Source: an uncultured Gemmatimonadota bacterium (GTDB lineage: Bacteria; SM23-81). From it: a DNA stretch of 31,024 nucleotides. The stretch is from NCBI GenBank assembly GCA_964584035.1, contig CAZOYL010000002.1:1-31024 (forward strand). The letters are read 5' to 3'. The notes under the pieces are model-generated. The model was not told the DNA's origin, made no database searches, and worked only from the letters and a program-made list of their open reading frames with translations. Of the stretch, positions 1 through 8,282 are shown piece by piece. Each line of letters begins with the position of its first letter. The stretch's first letter is position 1. The translations under genes and the position numbers were made by a program.

Positions 1-37
1 CAGTAGGTTCAAGGTTCGATTCCTTGTGGGCGTACCA
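1..37 (+). tRNA. 3' part of a tRNA (anticodon outside window; the arms resemble tRNA-Lys or tRNA-Arg)
   Basis: T-arm CAAGG-TTCGATT-CCTTG, then acceptor strand TGGGCGT, discriminator A and encoded CCA at 35-37. The isotype cannot be fixed without the anticodon. Confidence 0.85.
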
Positions 38-41
38 CTTT

Positions 42-403
42 GGGGGCGAAACGGCTTCGACGGGGGTAGTGAGGCCGGAACTGCGTGCCGAGGTCCCGAT
101 TCCTCGTAAAACTGTTGGGAAACAAATCTAATTGCAAACGACTACTCGTATGCAATGGCCGCCTAATAAATAGGTGACCCGTTCTCCCCGACCTTGCCTG
201 CCGGGCCGGATGAGGGCGTCGACGAAGACAGGCTGGTCGTCCGGCCGTGCTCAGGGCCTGACGATGAGATCTCTCTGAGCTGGCCGATCCTGCATCCTGC
301 CTTCCGGAGTCAGAACCGGCGAGATTCAATAGAAAGGCTACGCACGTAGATGTTCCCTCTGATCTATCTTCGGACACGGGTTCGACTCCCGTCGCCTCCA
401 CCA
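42..403 (+). ncRNA. ssrA: tmRNA (transfer-messenger RNA), tag (A)NDYSYAMAA
   Basis: 5' GGGGGCGAAACGGCTTCGAC pairs with 3' CGCCTCC-ACCA, including a G3.U wobble. T-arm GGGTTCGACTCCC. Tag reading frame GCA AAC GAC TAC TCG TAT GCA ATG GCC GCC TAA TAA at 134-169. Confidence 0.97.
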
Positions 404-412
404 TATTCACGG

Positions 413-442
413 AAAGGGCCGGCCGCTGCCGGCCCTTTTTTT
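413..442 (+). terminator. Rho-independent terminator after ssrA
   Basis: AAAGGGCCGGC-CGCT-GCCGGCCC followed by T7. Confidence 0.9.
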
Positions 443-468
443 CTGTCCGCCCGGGGTGAAAATTTCAG

Positions 469-497
469 TTGCGGCTCGGGGCGGTTCTTCTTATTAT
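469..497 (+). promoter_or_regulatory. putative sigma70 promoter for the mutM operon
   Basis: TTGCGG-17 bp-TATTAT, about 50 bp upstream of the mutM RBS (AAGGAGG). Confidence 0.5.
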
Positions 498-549
498 TGG
501 ACGACGCCAACAGACATCGCTGATAGACATCGACGGCGGAAGGAGGCCC

Positions 550-1407
550 ATGCCGGAGCTGCCCGAGGTGGAGTGCGTCGTCCGCGGCCTGCGTGAGCGG
601 ATCACCGGCGAGACGATCGAGCGGATCACCATGCACCAGCCCGGAGTCGTCCGGGGCTCACCCCTGGATCTGGCCGAGCAGCTCCCCGGGCGGACCTTCC
701 GGAACGTCCGCCGGCGGGGCAAGCTGATCATCATCGGCCTCGACGGCGGCCTGAGCCTGCTGTGCCATCTGCGAATGACCGGGCAATTGCTCTGCCTGCC
801 GCCGGAGGCGCCACTGGAAAAGCACACTCACCTGATCTTCCACCTGACGTCCGGCCGCCACCTGCGCTACCGCGATCAGCGCCGGTTCGGCTGGATCCAG
901 TTAGCCGAGAGCGACCAGCTGGCCGGGCATCCCCAGATCTCCCGGCTGGGCCCCGAGCCGCTGGAGATCGGCCGGGACGAATTCGTGGAGCGCCTGCGAG
1001 CCTATCGCCGGCAGATCAAGCCCCTGCTGCTGGATCAGACGGCCCTGGCCGGCCTGGGCAACATCTACGCCGACGAGAGCCTGTTCCGGGTCCGGATCCA
1101 TCCCCTGCGACGGACCGGCGAGATCAGCGCGGTTAAGCTGAAACGGCTGCACGGCGCCATCGGCGACGTGCTCCGGGAGGCCATCGACTGCTCCGGATCG
1201 ACCGTGGAGCAGTTTCGCGGCGCCGACGGCGAGAGCGGATCATTCCAGGAACATTTGCAGGTCTATGACCGGCAGGGCCTACCATGCCCGCGCTGCAGGC
1301 GGCCGATCATCAAGATCCGGGTGGGCGGCCGGGGAACCCACATCTGTCCCCGGTGTCAGCGAGCGCCGAGACGATCTCCATCAACCACGAAAAGAGCTCC
1401 GAGGTAA
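550..1407 (+). CDS. mutM: formamidopyrimidine-DNA glycosylase / AP lyase (Fpg)
   Basis: N-terminal MPELPEVE after an AAGGAGG RBS, RRGK, HLRMTG, H2TH motif GLGNIYADE and C-terminal CPRC...CPRCQ zinc finger. Confidence 0.97.
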   Translation: MPELPEVECVVRGLRERITGETIERITMHQPGVVRGSPLDLAEQLPGRTFRNVRRRGKLIIIGLDGGLSLLCHLRMTGQLLCLPPEAPLEKHTHLIFHLTSGRHLRYRDQRRFGWIQLAESDQLAGHPQISRLGPEPLEIGRDEFVERLRAYRRQIKPLLLDQTALAGLGNIYADESLFRVRIHPLRRTGEISAVKLKRLHGAIGDVLREAIDCSGSTVEQFRGADGESGSFQEHLQVYDRQGLPCPRCRRPIIKIRVGGRGTHICPRCQRAPRRSPSTTKRAPR

Positions 1408-1410
1408 ATC

Positions 1411-2526
1411 ATGTCTAAAGTCTACTTCGTCACCGCCCGGTCGAAGGGCCACAAGAGCCTGATCGAAAAATTAGGCGACCTGATGGACGCCGTCGGGATG
1501 GACTTCATCCCCCAAGACGGCCTGGTGGCCGTCAAGCTGCACATGGGCGAGCGGGGCACGACTGCTTTTCTCAAACCCGTTTTCGCCCGGCGGGCGGTCG
1601 AGAAGATCATCGCGGCGGGCGGCAAGCCCTTTCTGACCGATGCCACCACCCTCTACCTGGGCGAGCGCGGGAACGCCGTCGATTATCTGCACCTGGGCAT
1701 GGCCAACGGGTTCAGCTACGCCACCATCGGCGCCCCGATCATCATCGCCGACGGCCTGCGCTCGGAAAATGTGGCCGAGGTTCAGGTGGACCTGAAGCAC
1801 TTCAAAACGGTCAAGTACGGCGCGGCCGTCCGGCAGGCCGATGCCATGGTGGTGCTCAGCCACGTCAAGGGCCATCTGGCCGCCGGCTTCGGCGGGGCGA
1901 TCAAGAACGTGGCCATGGGCCTGGGCTCCCGAAGCCAGAAACAGCGTATGCATGGCGATGTCAAGCCCAAGCTGCGCAAGGGAAAGCACTGCATCGCCTG
2001 CGGCCGGTGCGCCGACATCTGCCCGGCCGACGCCATCCGGATCGATCAGGTGGCCCGCTTCGACCACGCCAAATGCATCGGCTGCGCCGAGTGCATCACC
2101 ATCTGCCCGGAGGGCGCCATCCAGATCCTGTGGAACGAGTCCACAGACCGGCTCCAGGAGAAGATGGCCGAGACCATGTTCGGTACCCTCAAGGGTAAAG
2201 AAGGCCGGGTGGCCTACTTCAACTTCGTCCTGGACATCACCCCCGACTGCGACTGTTTTCCCTGGAGCGACACGGCCGTGGTGCCCGACATCGGCATCCT
2301 CGGCTCGACCGATCCGATCGCCATCGACCAGGCCTCGGTCGACCTGGTCAACCGGAGCCCGGGCATACCCGGATCGGCCCTGGCTACAGCCCTGGAGCCC
2401 GGCGGGGACAAGTTCAGGGCTCTCTATCCGGCCGTCGACTGGACCCGGCAGCTGGTCTATGGACAGGAGATCGGGCTGGGATCGAGGGAATATGAGCTGG
2501 TAGAGTTAGGTGAGGAAACCGAATAA
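1411..2526 (+). CDS. DUF362 domain protein with inserted 2x[4Fe-4S] ferredoxin
   Basis: VKLHMGE, SHVKGH..AGFGGAIKN, CIACGRCADICP / CIGCAECITICP, PDCDC and DPIAIDQA motifs. Confidence 0.88.
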   Translation: MSKVYFVTARSKGHKSLIEKLGDLMDAVGMDFIPQDGLVAVKLHMGERGTTAFLKPVFARRAVEKIIAAGGKPFLTDATTLYLGERGNAVDYLHLGMANGFSYATIGAPIIIADGLRSENVAEVQVDLKHFKTVKYGAAVRQADAMVVLSHVKGHLAAGFGGAIKNVAMGLGSRSQKQRMHGDVKPKLRKGKHCIACGRCADICPADAIRIDQVARFDHAKCIGCAECITICPEGAIQILWNESTDRLQEKMAETMFGTLKGKEGRVAYFNFVLDITPDCDCFPWSDTAVVPDIGILGSTDPIAIDQASVDLVNRSPGIPGSALATALEPGGDKFRALYPAVDWTRQLVYGQEIGLGSREYELVELGEETE

Positions 2527-2538
2527 AAGGAGGTCTCC

Positions 2539-5500
2539 ATGCGAATTCATCATCTGTTCACCGCCATCGCCCTGGTGGCCATGCTGCTGGCGGCCTCGCC
2601 GGCCCAGGCCCAGACCAACCACAGCGGCGACATCCTGGCCGACCAGACCTGGTTCGCCTCGGGCAATCCCCATGTGGTCACCGGCGACATCCGGGTGTTC
2701 GCCGCCGCCGGATCCTGCACCCTGACGATCATGCCAGGCGTGTTCGTCAAGTTCGACTCGGCCACCGTGCTGCAGATCGGCACCGAGACCCAGCAGGGCG
2801 TCCTGATGGCCCTGGGGACGGCCGACTCGACCGTCTTCCTGGGCTCCAACAAGCTCACGCCCGGGCCGGGCGACTGGCAGGGCATTCTGTTCCAGACCCA
2901 GGGTGGCGGACGCCTGGATCATGCCATCGTCAAGGAAGGCGGCCATGCACCCCTGGAGGCCAACCTGACCATCTCTCCCGGAGCCAACCCAACTATCGAG
3001 AACACCACCATCGAGGACGGCGGCGGGTACGGGCTGGACTGCGGGAACGGCGCCGGCCCCGCCGTGGCTGGAAACACCTTCCAGAACAACGGGCTCTACC
3101 CGGTCCGGATCTATGGCAACGAGGTGCCCCGGATCGCGGCGGGCAACATCTTCGCCGGCAAGGGAACCAACGCCATCGAGGTGCTCGGCGACCAGATCGA
3201 GGCCTCGGCCGTCTGGCCCCGGCACAGCGTTCCCTACGTCATCTCCGGAGACCTGGAGGTGGCCAGATCCGCGGCCGGCGACACCCTGACCCTGCTTCCC
3301 GGCACCGTCCTGCGGTTCAAGCCGGAGGTCAGCCTGCGCATCGGCGCCCCGGGAAGCCCCGGATTCCTGATGGCCGACGCAGATACTTCAGTCATCACCT
3401 TCGGCGCCGCCGACACGGCCAAGGCGCCCCACTGGGCCGGCCTGTATTTCTCATCTCAGGGATCGGGCCTGATGGACGGCTGCCTGGTGACCCACGGCGG
3501 AGCCGGAGCCCGCATGGCCAACCTGTACTGCACCACGGGCAGCGACCCGATCATTCAGAATTGTACCATCGAGCGCAGCCTGGTTCACGGGCTGGCCTGC
3601 GGCGACGCCGCCCTGCCCACCGTTGCCGGAAACACCTTCCAGCACAACGGCGGGCGCCCGATCAGCCTGTTCGCCAACTATGTCCCGCTGATCGGGGCGG
3701 ACAACGTGTATGCGGACAATGTCCAAAACGCCATCGAGCTGAAGGGCGATAATATCACCGCCTCGGTCGTCTGGCCCCACCTGGGCATCCCCTTCGCCCT
3801 GGCCGGCGACGTCAGCGTGTTCAAGCCATCCCTGGGAGACACCCTGACGCTGGAGCCGGGGATCACCCTGGCTTTCGACCCCGGCGTGCAGCTACACATC
3901 GGCCGCGACGGATACCCCGGCACCCTGCTGGCCTCCGGGCTGGCCGATTCGGCCATCACCTTTACCTCCAGCGCCGACACGGCCGCCCCCGGCGACTGGG
4001 CCGACCTGTTCTGCGACAGCCTGGGCACGACCAGGCTGGAATACTGCCTGGTGGAGTACGGCGGAGGAGGCAGCCACGGCGCTGCCATCTATGCCGGGGC
4101 CGGAGGCATCCTGGAGCTGGTCCGCAGCACCGTGCGGTACAGCGGCGGCGACGGCATCGCCTGCTGGGGCTCCGACTCGGTCCTGGTGAGCGGCTGCCTG
4201 GTCACCGAAAACCAGATCGGCCTGCACTGCTCTGGTTCCGAGCCGGTGGTCAGGTATAATCACATCGTCGCCAACGACATCTACGGGGCCGCCAACGACA
4301 GCGACGAGCTGACCGTGGAGGCCACCAGCAACTGGTGGGGCCATCCCACCGGCCCGCAGGATACCAGCCCCGGGCCGCCTTCCTACAATCCCGCCGGACA
4401 GGGCGACCGGGTGACCGATGAGGTGGCCTACGATCCCTGGTGGCAGGCCGACCGGCCGGTTCTGCTCTCGCTGATCCTCAGCGATCCCTCGCCCACCCGG
4501 GCCGACACCATCCTGTTCACCCTGATCTTCAGCCGCCAGATGGACCCGATGACCGATCCCCTGGTGATCTTCTCGCCGGCCAATCCGCTGGAGGGCGGCA
4601 CGGTGGCGGCCGACACCGGCTGGGCGGCCGACAGCCTGACCTGGACCGGCAGTTTCATCATCAGCGATACCACCGGAGACGGCTCCAAGAGCATCACGGT
4701 CAGCCAGGCCCGGGATGTCTGGGGCTGGAGCATGCCGGCGGACACCGCCACCACCTTCTTCGTCGACACCCAGCCTCCGGAGGCGATCGCCGCCTCTCCG
4801 GCCGTCTCCTCCCAGGACAGCTTCACGGTCAGCTGGAGCGCGGCCGACGGAGCGCCCGGATCGGGCGTGGCCTGGGTGACCGTCTATGTCTCCGAGGATG
4901 ACAGCGCCTGGACCGTCTGGATGGACAGCTCCAGCGCCGACTCGGCCGTCTACGCCGGCCTGGACGACCACACGTACTATTTCTATGCCCAGGCCGCCGA
5001 CAGCGCCGGCAACATGGAAACGGCGGCAGCCGCCGAGTGCACCACCACGGTGGACACCTCGGCCCCGGCGCTGCCGGTCATGCTGTCGCCGGCCGACGGA
5101 GCGGTCATGGCGGACACCGCCGCCACCTTCACCTGGACGCGGGTGGTCAAGGCCGCCGGCAGAGACGCTCCGCTGAAGAGGGACCGTCAGGAATCGCCCG
5201 GCAAGGCCACTCCGGTGACTTACAGCCTGCTGTGCGCCTTCGATCAGACCTTCGACAGCCTGGCGGTCGGTCTGGCCGGCCTGACCGATTCCACCCTGAC
5301 CGTGCCATTAGACGATGGCATCTACTACTGGCGGGTCTCGGCCACCGACGGAGCCGGTCATACCAGCGGCTTTCCGATGACGCCCTACAGCTTTCAGATC
5401 GACACCCAGCCCCCGGCCATCTCGGCGACCTCTCTCTGGCCGGACACCACCTTCCTGGGCCCCTTCGCGGTCAGCGTCACAGTGGAGGACGCCTCGGGGG

Positions 5501-6072
5501 CGGATCCGGTCCTGCTGTGGTACCGCACCAGCCTGGACACCGTGCTCCGGGCCGACACCATGGAGGCGCCCGGAGTCAGGGGCGGCTATATCGGAGCGAT
5601 CCCGGAGCAGGCCGCGGCCGACTCGATCCTGATCGAGTACTACATCGAGGCCCGTGACGCGGCCGTGCCGGCCAATGCGGCCACCGACCCGGCCGGCGCG
5701 CCGGATGATACCGTTTACGCCTTCATGGCCTACGGTCCCGTGTCCGTGGAGGAGGATCCTGGCACCGCGCTGCCGCAGAGCTTCGCGCTGCAGCAGAACT
5801 ATCCCAATCCCTTCAACGCCCGGACCATTTTCCGCTATCACCTCCCCGGCTGGGCCGCTCCCGGGGGAACGGTGCCGGTGCGGCTGGACATCTATAACGT
5901 CCGCGGACAGCTGGTCAACCAACTGGTACGGGCCCATCAGGCGCCCGGGATCTATCAGGCGGTCTGGGACGGCACCGATTCGAACGGATCTCCGGCCGGC
6001 AGCGGTCTCTATTTCTGCCGCCTGCAGGCCGCCGGCCGCCATCGGGTCGTCAAAGCGATCCTGCTGCGATAA
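2539..6072 (+). CDS. large secreted protein: signal peptide, right-handed beta-helix repeats, Ig/FN3-like domains, C-terminal FlgD-Ig/T9SS-type-A-like sorting domain
   Basis: AAGGAGG RBS; Sec signal ending AQA; about three 186-aa repeats; NWWG..GP motif; VDTQPP/VDTSAP Ig boundaries; C-terminal FALQQNYPNPFN...IYNVRGQLV...WDGTD...SGLYFCRL. Confidence 0.85.
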   Translation: MRIHHLFTAIALVAMLLAASPAQAQTNHSGDILADQTWFASGNPHVVTGDIRVFAAAGSCTLTIMPGVFVKFDSATVLQIGTETQQGVLMALGTADSTVFLGSNKLTPGPGDWQGILFQTQGGGRLDHAIVKEGGHAPLEANLTISPGANPTIENTTIEDGGGYGLDCGNGAGPAVAGNTFQNNGLYPVRIYGNEVPRIAAGNIFAGKGTNAIEVLGDQIEASAVWPRHSVPYVISGDLEVARSAAGDTLTLLPGTVLRFKPEVSLRIGAPGSPGFLMADADTSVITFGAADTAKAPHWAGLYFSSQGSGLMDGCLVTHGGAGARMANLYCTTGSDPIIQNCTIERSLVHGLACGDAALPTVAGNTFQHNGGRPISLFANYVPLIGADNVYADNVQNAIELKGDNITASVVWPHLGIPFALAGDVSVFKPSLGDTLTLEPGITLAFDPGVQLHIGRDGYPGTLLASGLADSAITFTSSADTAAPGDWADLFCDSLGTTRLEYCLVEYGGGGSHGAAIYAGAGGILELVRSTVRYSGGDGIACWGSDSVLVSGCLVTENQIGLHCSGSEPVVRYNHIVANDIYGAANDSDELTVEATSNWWGHPTGPQDTSPGPPSYNPAGQGDRVTDEVAYDPWWQADRPVLLSLILSDPSPTRADTILFTLIFSRQMDPMTDPLVIFSPANPLEGGTVAADTGWAADSLTWTGSFIISDTTGDGSKSITVSQARDVWGWSMPADTATTFFVDTQPPEAIAASPAVSSQDSFTVSWSAADGAPGSGVAWVTVYVSEDDSAWTVWMDSSSADSAVYAGLDDHTYYFYAQAADSAGNMETAAAAECTTTVDTSAPALPVMLSPADGAVMADTAATFTWTRVVKAAGRDAPLKRDRQESPGKATPVTYSLLCAFDQTFDSLAVGLAGLTDSTLTVPLDDGIYYWRVSATDGAGHTSGFPMTPYSFQIDTQPPAISATSLWPDTTFLGPFAVSVTVEDASGADPVLLWYRTSLDTVLRADTMEAPGVRGGYIGAIPEQAAADSILIEYYIEARDAAVPANAATDPAGAPDDTVYAFMAYGPVSVEEDPGTALPQSFALQQNYPNPFNARTIFRYHLPGWAAPGGTVPVRLDIYNVRGQLVNQLVRAHQAPGIYQAVWDGTDSNGSPAGSGLYFCRLQAAGRHRVVKAILLR
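2620..4140 (+). repeat. intragenic ~558-bp (186-aa) degenerate tandem repeat, about 2.7 units
   Basis: GGAAACACCTTCCAG(A/C)ACAAC occurs at 3070 and 3628 (558 bp apart). TLT(I/L)xPG and (D)W.G/DL.F recur three times in the protein. Confidence 0.75.
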
Positions 6073-6100
6073 CGTTGCCCACCATTTTTCTTTCTAGAGG

Positions 6101-6133
6101 ACGGGGATACCCCCCCCGGGGGGATATCCCCGT
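6101..6133. other. GC-rich inverted repeat (hairpin) upstream of the CPBP gene
   Basis: ACGGGGATA-CCCCCCCC-GGGGGG-A-TATCCCCGT, with no adjacent downstream U-tract. Confidence 0.7.
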
Positions 6134-6142
6134 TACCGTACC

Positions 6143-6895
6143 ATGAGCCGAACCGCCATCACTCAGCTGGCCGCGGCAGGGCTGATCGCCCTGGCGGGCC
6201 TGCTCTCACTGATGACCGCTGACATCTGGCCGCTGACGGCCATGGCCGTCGGACTGACCCTGCTGTTCCGATTCCGGGCCGCGACCCGGGCCGTGGGCCT
6301 GGTCATGGAGATCATGGCCCTCGGACTGGTCGTCATTCTGGCGCTGAGCCGTCTGGGGCTGAACGTCATCTTCGCCTACAAGGCCGTCATCGCCGTGCTG
6401 CTGTTCGCGCTCGTCCTGGTAGAGAGAGATGGCGGGGCGAAGGTTTTTGATCGCCGGGGCCGCCTGTACGCCGGTATCCGAGTGAGCGCTGTGGTGTCGG
6501 TAATCGGGGTGGCGGTGGTGGCGCTGGGCCATTTCGTCTACCACGGTCAGGCCTTCGCCATGGTCAGGGTCCCGCTGGAGATCATGATCCTGGTGGGAGT
6601 CGGCTGGGCCCTGCTGAACAGCATCTCCGAGGAATTTATCTACCGTGGCCTGCTCTACACCCGCCTGAAGGATACCGTGGGCGTCCCCGGCGCCCTGGTG
6701 GGACAGGCCGTCATCTTCGCCGTCGCCCATCACTGGACCAAGGTGCCCATGGGAATTCCCGGCATGGTGATGTCCTTCCTGTTCGCCCTCTCCCTGGGCT
6801 GGCTGGTCAGAAAGACCGGAAGCCTGTTCGCCGTCATCTTCGCCCACTTCTGGGTCGACCTGGCCCTGTTCGCCACCGTCCTGCTGCGGCAGTGA
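6143..6895 (+). CDS. CPBP family (CAAX protease-like/Abi) intramembrane glutamic endopeptidase
   Basis: Multi-pass hydrophobic protein with EEFIYRG, FAVAH and AHFWVD motifs. Confidence 0.88.
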   Translation: MSRTAITQLAAAGLIALAGLLSLMTADIWPLTAMAVGLTLLFRFRAATRAVGLVMEIMALGLVVILALSRLGLNVIFAYKAVIAVLLFALVLVERDGGAKVFDRRGRLYAGIRVSAVVSVIGVAVVALGHFVYHGQAFAMVRVPLEIMILVGVGWALLNSISEEFIYRGLLYTRLKDTVGVPGALVGQAVIFAVAHHWTKVPMGIPGMVMSFLFALSLGWLVRKTGSLFAVIFAHFWVDLALFATVLLRQ

Positions 6896-6934
6896 GCCCA
6901 ACGCGATAAGTGCGGCCGAGCAAGAGGCGCCGGC

Positions 6935-6971
6935 AAAGAAAGAAACCCCGGGAGCCATCCCGGGGTTTCTT
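6935..6971. terminator. bidirectional terminator between the convergent CPBP and DUF192 genes; second hairpin at 6989-7011
   Basis: AAGAAACCCCGGGA-GCCA-TCCCGGGGTTTCTT with an A-rich left flank; second stem CGGCGTCTT-CCGGA-AAGACGCCG. Confidence 0.8.
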
Positions 6972-7038
6972 CATGCCCGCATCCATACCGGCGTCTTCCG
7001 GAAAGACGCCGTTGAAAAACGCTGCCCGATAAACGCCG

Positions 7039-7575
7039 CTAGAATTCCACCTCACCCCCCACCGTGATACCGTGCTCCCGGAACCATCCGGCGTTCATCT
7101 CCAGAGCATAGAGGGCCGGGCTCCGGGATCGATGGATGGTGGTCTCATCGAAGGCCCTCATGGAGCGAATTTCCACGATCCGCCTGCGGCCGTCGATGAA
7201 GGCCAGATCGAGGTCGATGGGCGTGTTCTTCATCCAGAAGGCCGGGCGGCGCTCATCCTCGAACACGAACAGCATGCCCTCGTCGGCGGGCAGCTGCTCG
7301 GTGAACATCAGGCCCCGCTCCTTCTCCTCCGGCGTCTGGCTGTCCCGCACCCGCACCGGCAGGCCGCCCACTCGGTTGTTGATGCGATCGCCGGCCGCAG
7401 CGGTGACGGCGCTGTCCGAGCCGCCGGCCGCGGCGGAGTCGGCCATCGGCGCACGTTTTCGAGCGGTCGACGGCCCCTCCCGCTGCCCCCCGCAACCGGC
7501 CAGCAACGGCCAGAGCAGCAGCGGCAGCAGAAATGATATCAGCAATCCGATGGACCGCGCCCGCAGCAGGACCAT
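7039..7575 (-). CDS. DUF192 domain lipoprotein
   Basis: Lipobox LAGC; ERGLMF...GMLFVF...FWMKNTPIDLDLAFID...ALEMNAGWF; start chosen after a GAGGGG RBS. Confidence 0.88.
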   Translation of the reverse strand: MVLLRARSIGLLISFLLPLLLWPLLAGCGGQREGPSTARKRAPMADSAAAGGSDSAVTAAAGDRINNRVGGLPVRVRDSQTPEEKERGLMFTEQLPADEGMLFVFEDERRPAFWMKNTPIDLDLAFIDGRRRIVEIRSMRAFDETTIHRSRSPALYALEMNAGWFREHGITVGGEVEF

Positions 7576-7633
7576 ATCGCCACACCCCCTCGGGATAGCG
7601 CCTGATAGCAACATAACGTTTCACGGCAGGGCC

Positions 7634-8143
7634 CTACAGCAGCGACTTGATGTCCTCCTCGAAGACGTTCCGGGGACGCATGCCCTCGTACTTGCGGTAC
7701 AGCGTTCCATCCCGGGAGAATAAAAAGCTGGTCGGGATCCCCCGAAACCCGCCATACTGCCTGACCAGCTGATCGGACCCGAACAGGACCGGATAGGAGA
7801 TCCCCCACTCGCCGGCGAAATCGTGCACCGACTGCTCGCCTCGATAGGACACGGCCACACCCAGGATCTGCAGCCCCCGGCCGCCGTACTCTTCCGACAG
7901 ATCGACCAGATCCGGCGTCTCCATCCGGCAGGGCCCGCACCAGGGAGCCCAGAAATTGACCATCACCACCTGACCCCGGTAGTCGGAAAAACTCACCTCC
8001 CGGCCGGACAGGTCCTTGAGGGTAAAGTCATAGGTCCCGCCGGCCGGCGGCGCCTTCTCGCTGCCCCTGCAGCCCTGGATCATCAGGGCGGCCAGGATCA
8101 GGACCGTGATCAAAGACAATGATCTCCCGGTGACAGCTCGCAT
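7634..8143 (-). CDS. TlpA/ResA-family thiol-disulfide oxidoreductase lipoprotein
   Basis: AGGAGGAG RBS, lipobox IQGC, NFWAPWCGPC and the GIPT cis-Pro loop. Confidence 0.92.
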   Translation of the reverse strand: MRAVTGRSLSLITVLILAALMIQGCRGSEKAPPAGGTYDFTLKDLSGREVSFSDYRGQVVMVNFWAPWCGPCRMETPDLVDLSEEYGGRGLQILGVAVSYRGEQSVHDFAGEWGISYPVLFGSDQLVRQYGGFRGIPTSFLFSRDGTLYRKYEGMRPRNVFEEDIKSLL

Positions 8144-8282
8144 CGCTCCTCCTATCGATAATGTTTATACGGATCATAGTCAAGAGAATACAATCATCCG
8201 AAACACGTCCACAGGGATGGCGTCATACGGATGACCTTCCGACAGATTCCGTTCATCCGTCAGAGGCTTCTATCGATCGCGC

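Noticed and set aside
9..410. 133-aa minus-strand ORF
   Set aside because: It is the antisense shadow of tmRNA and has no recognisable motifs.
404..549. Genomic island or prophage integrated at the ssrA 3' end
   Set aside because: The terminator and housekeeping mutM follow directly. No integrase or repeated tmRNA 3' end was seen in the window.
8151..8282. Mini-CRISPR or attC array interpretation of the 59-bp periodicity
   Set aside because: The units are too degenerate, there are only two, there are no GTTRRRY cores, and no cas or integrase gene is nearby. Kept as a regulatory-motif finding.
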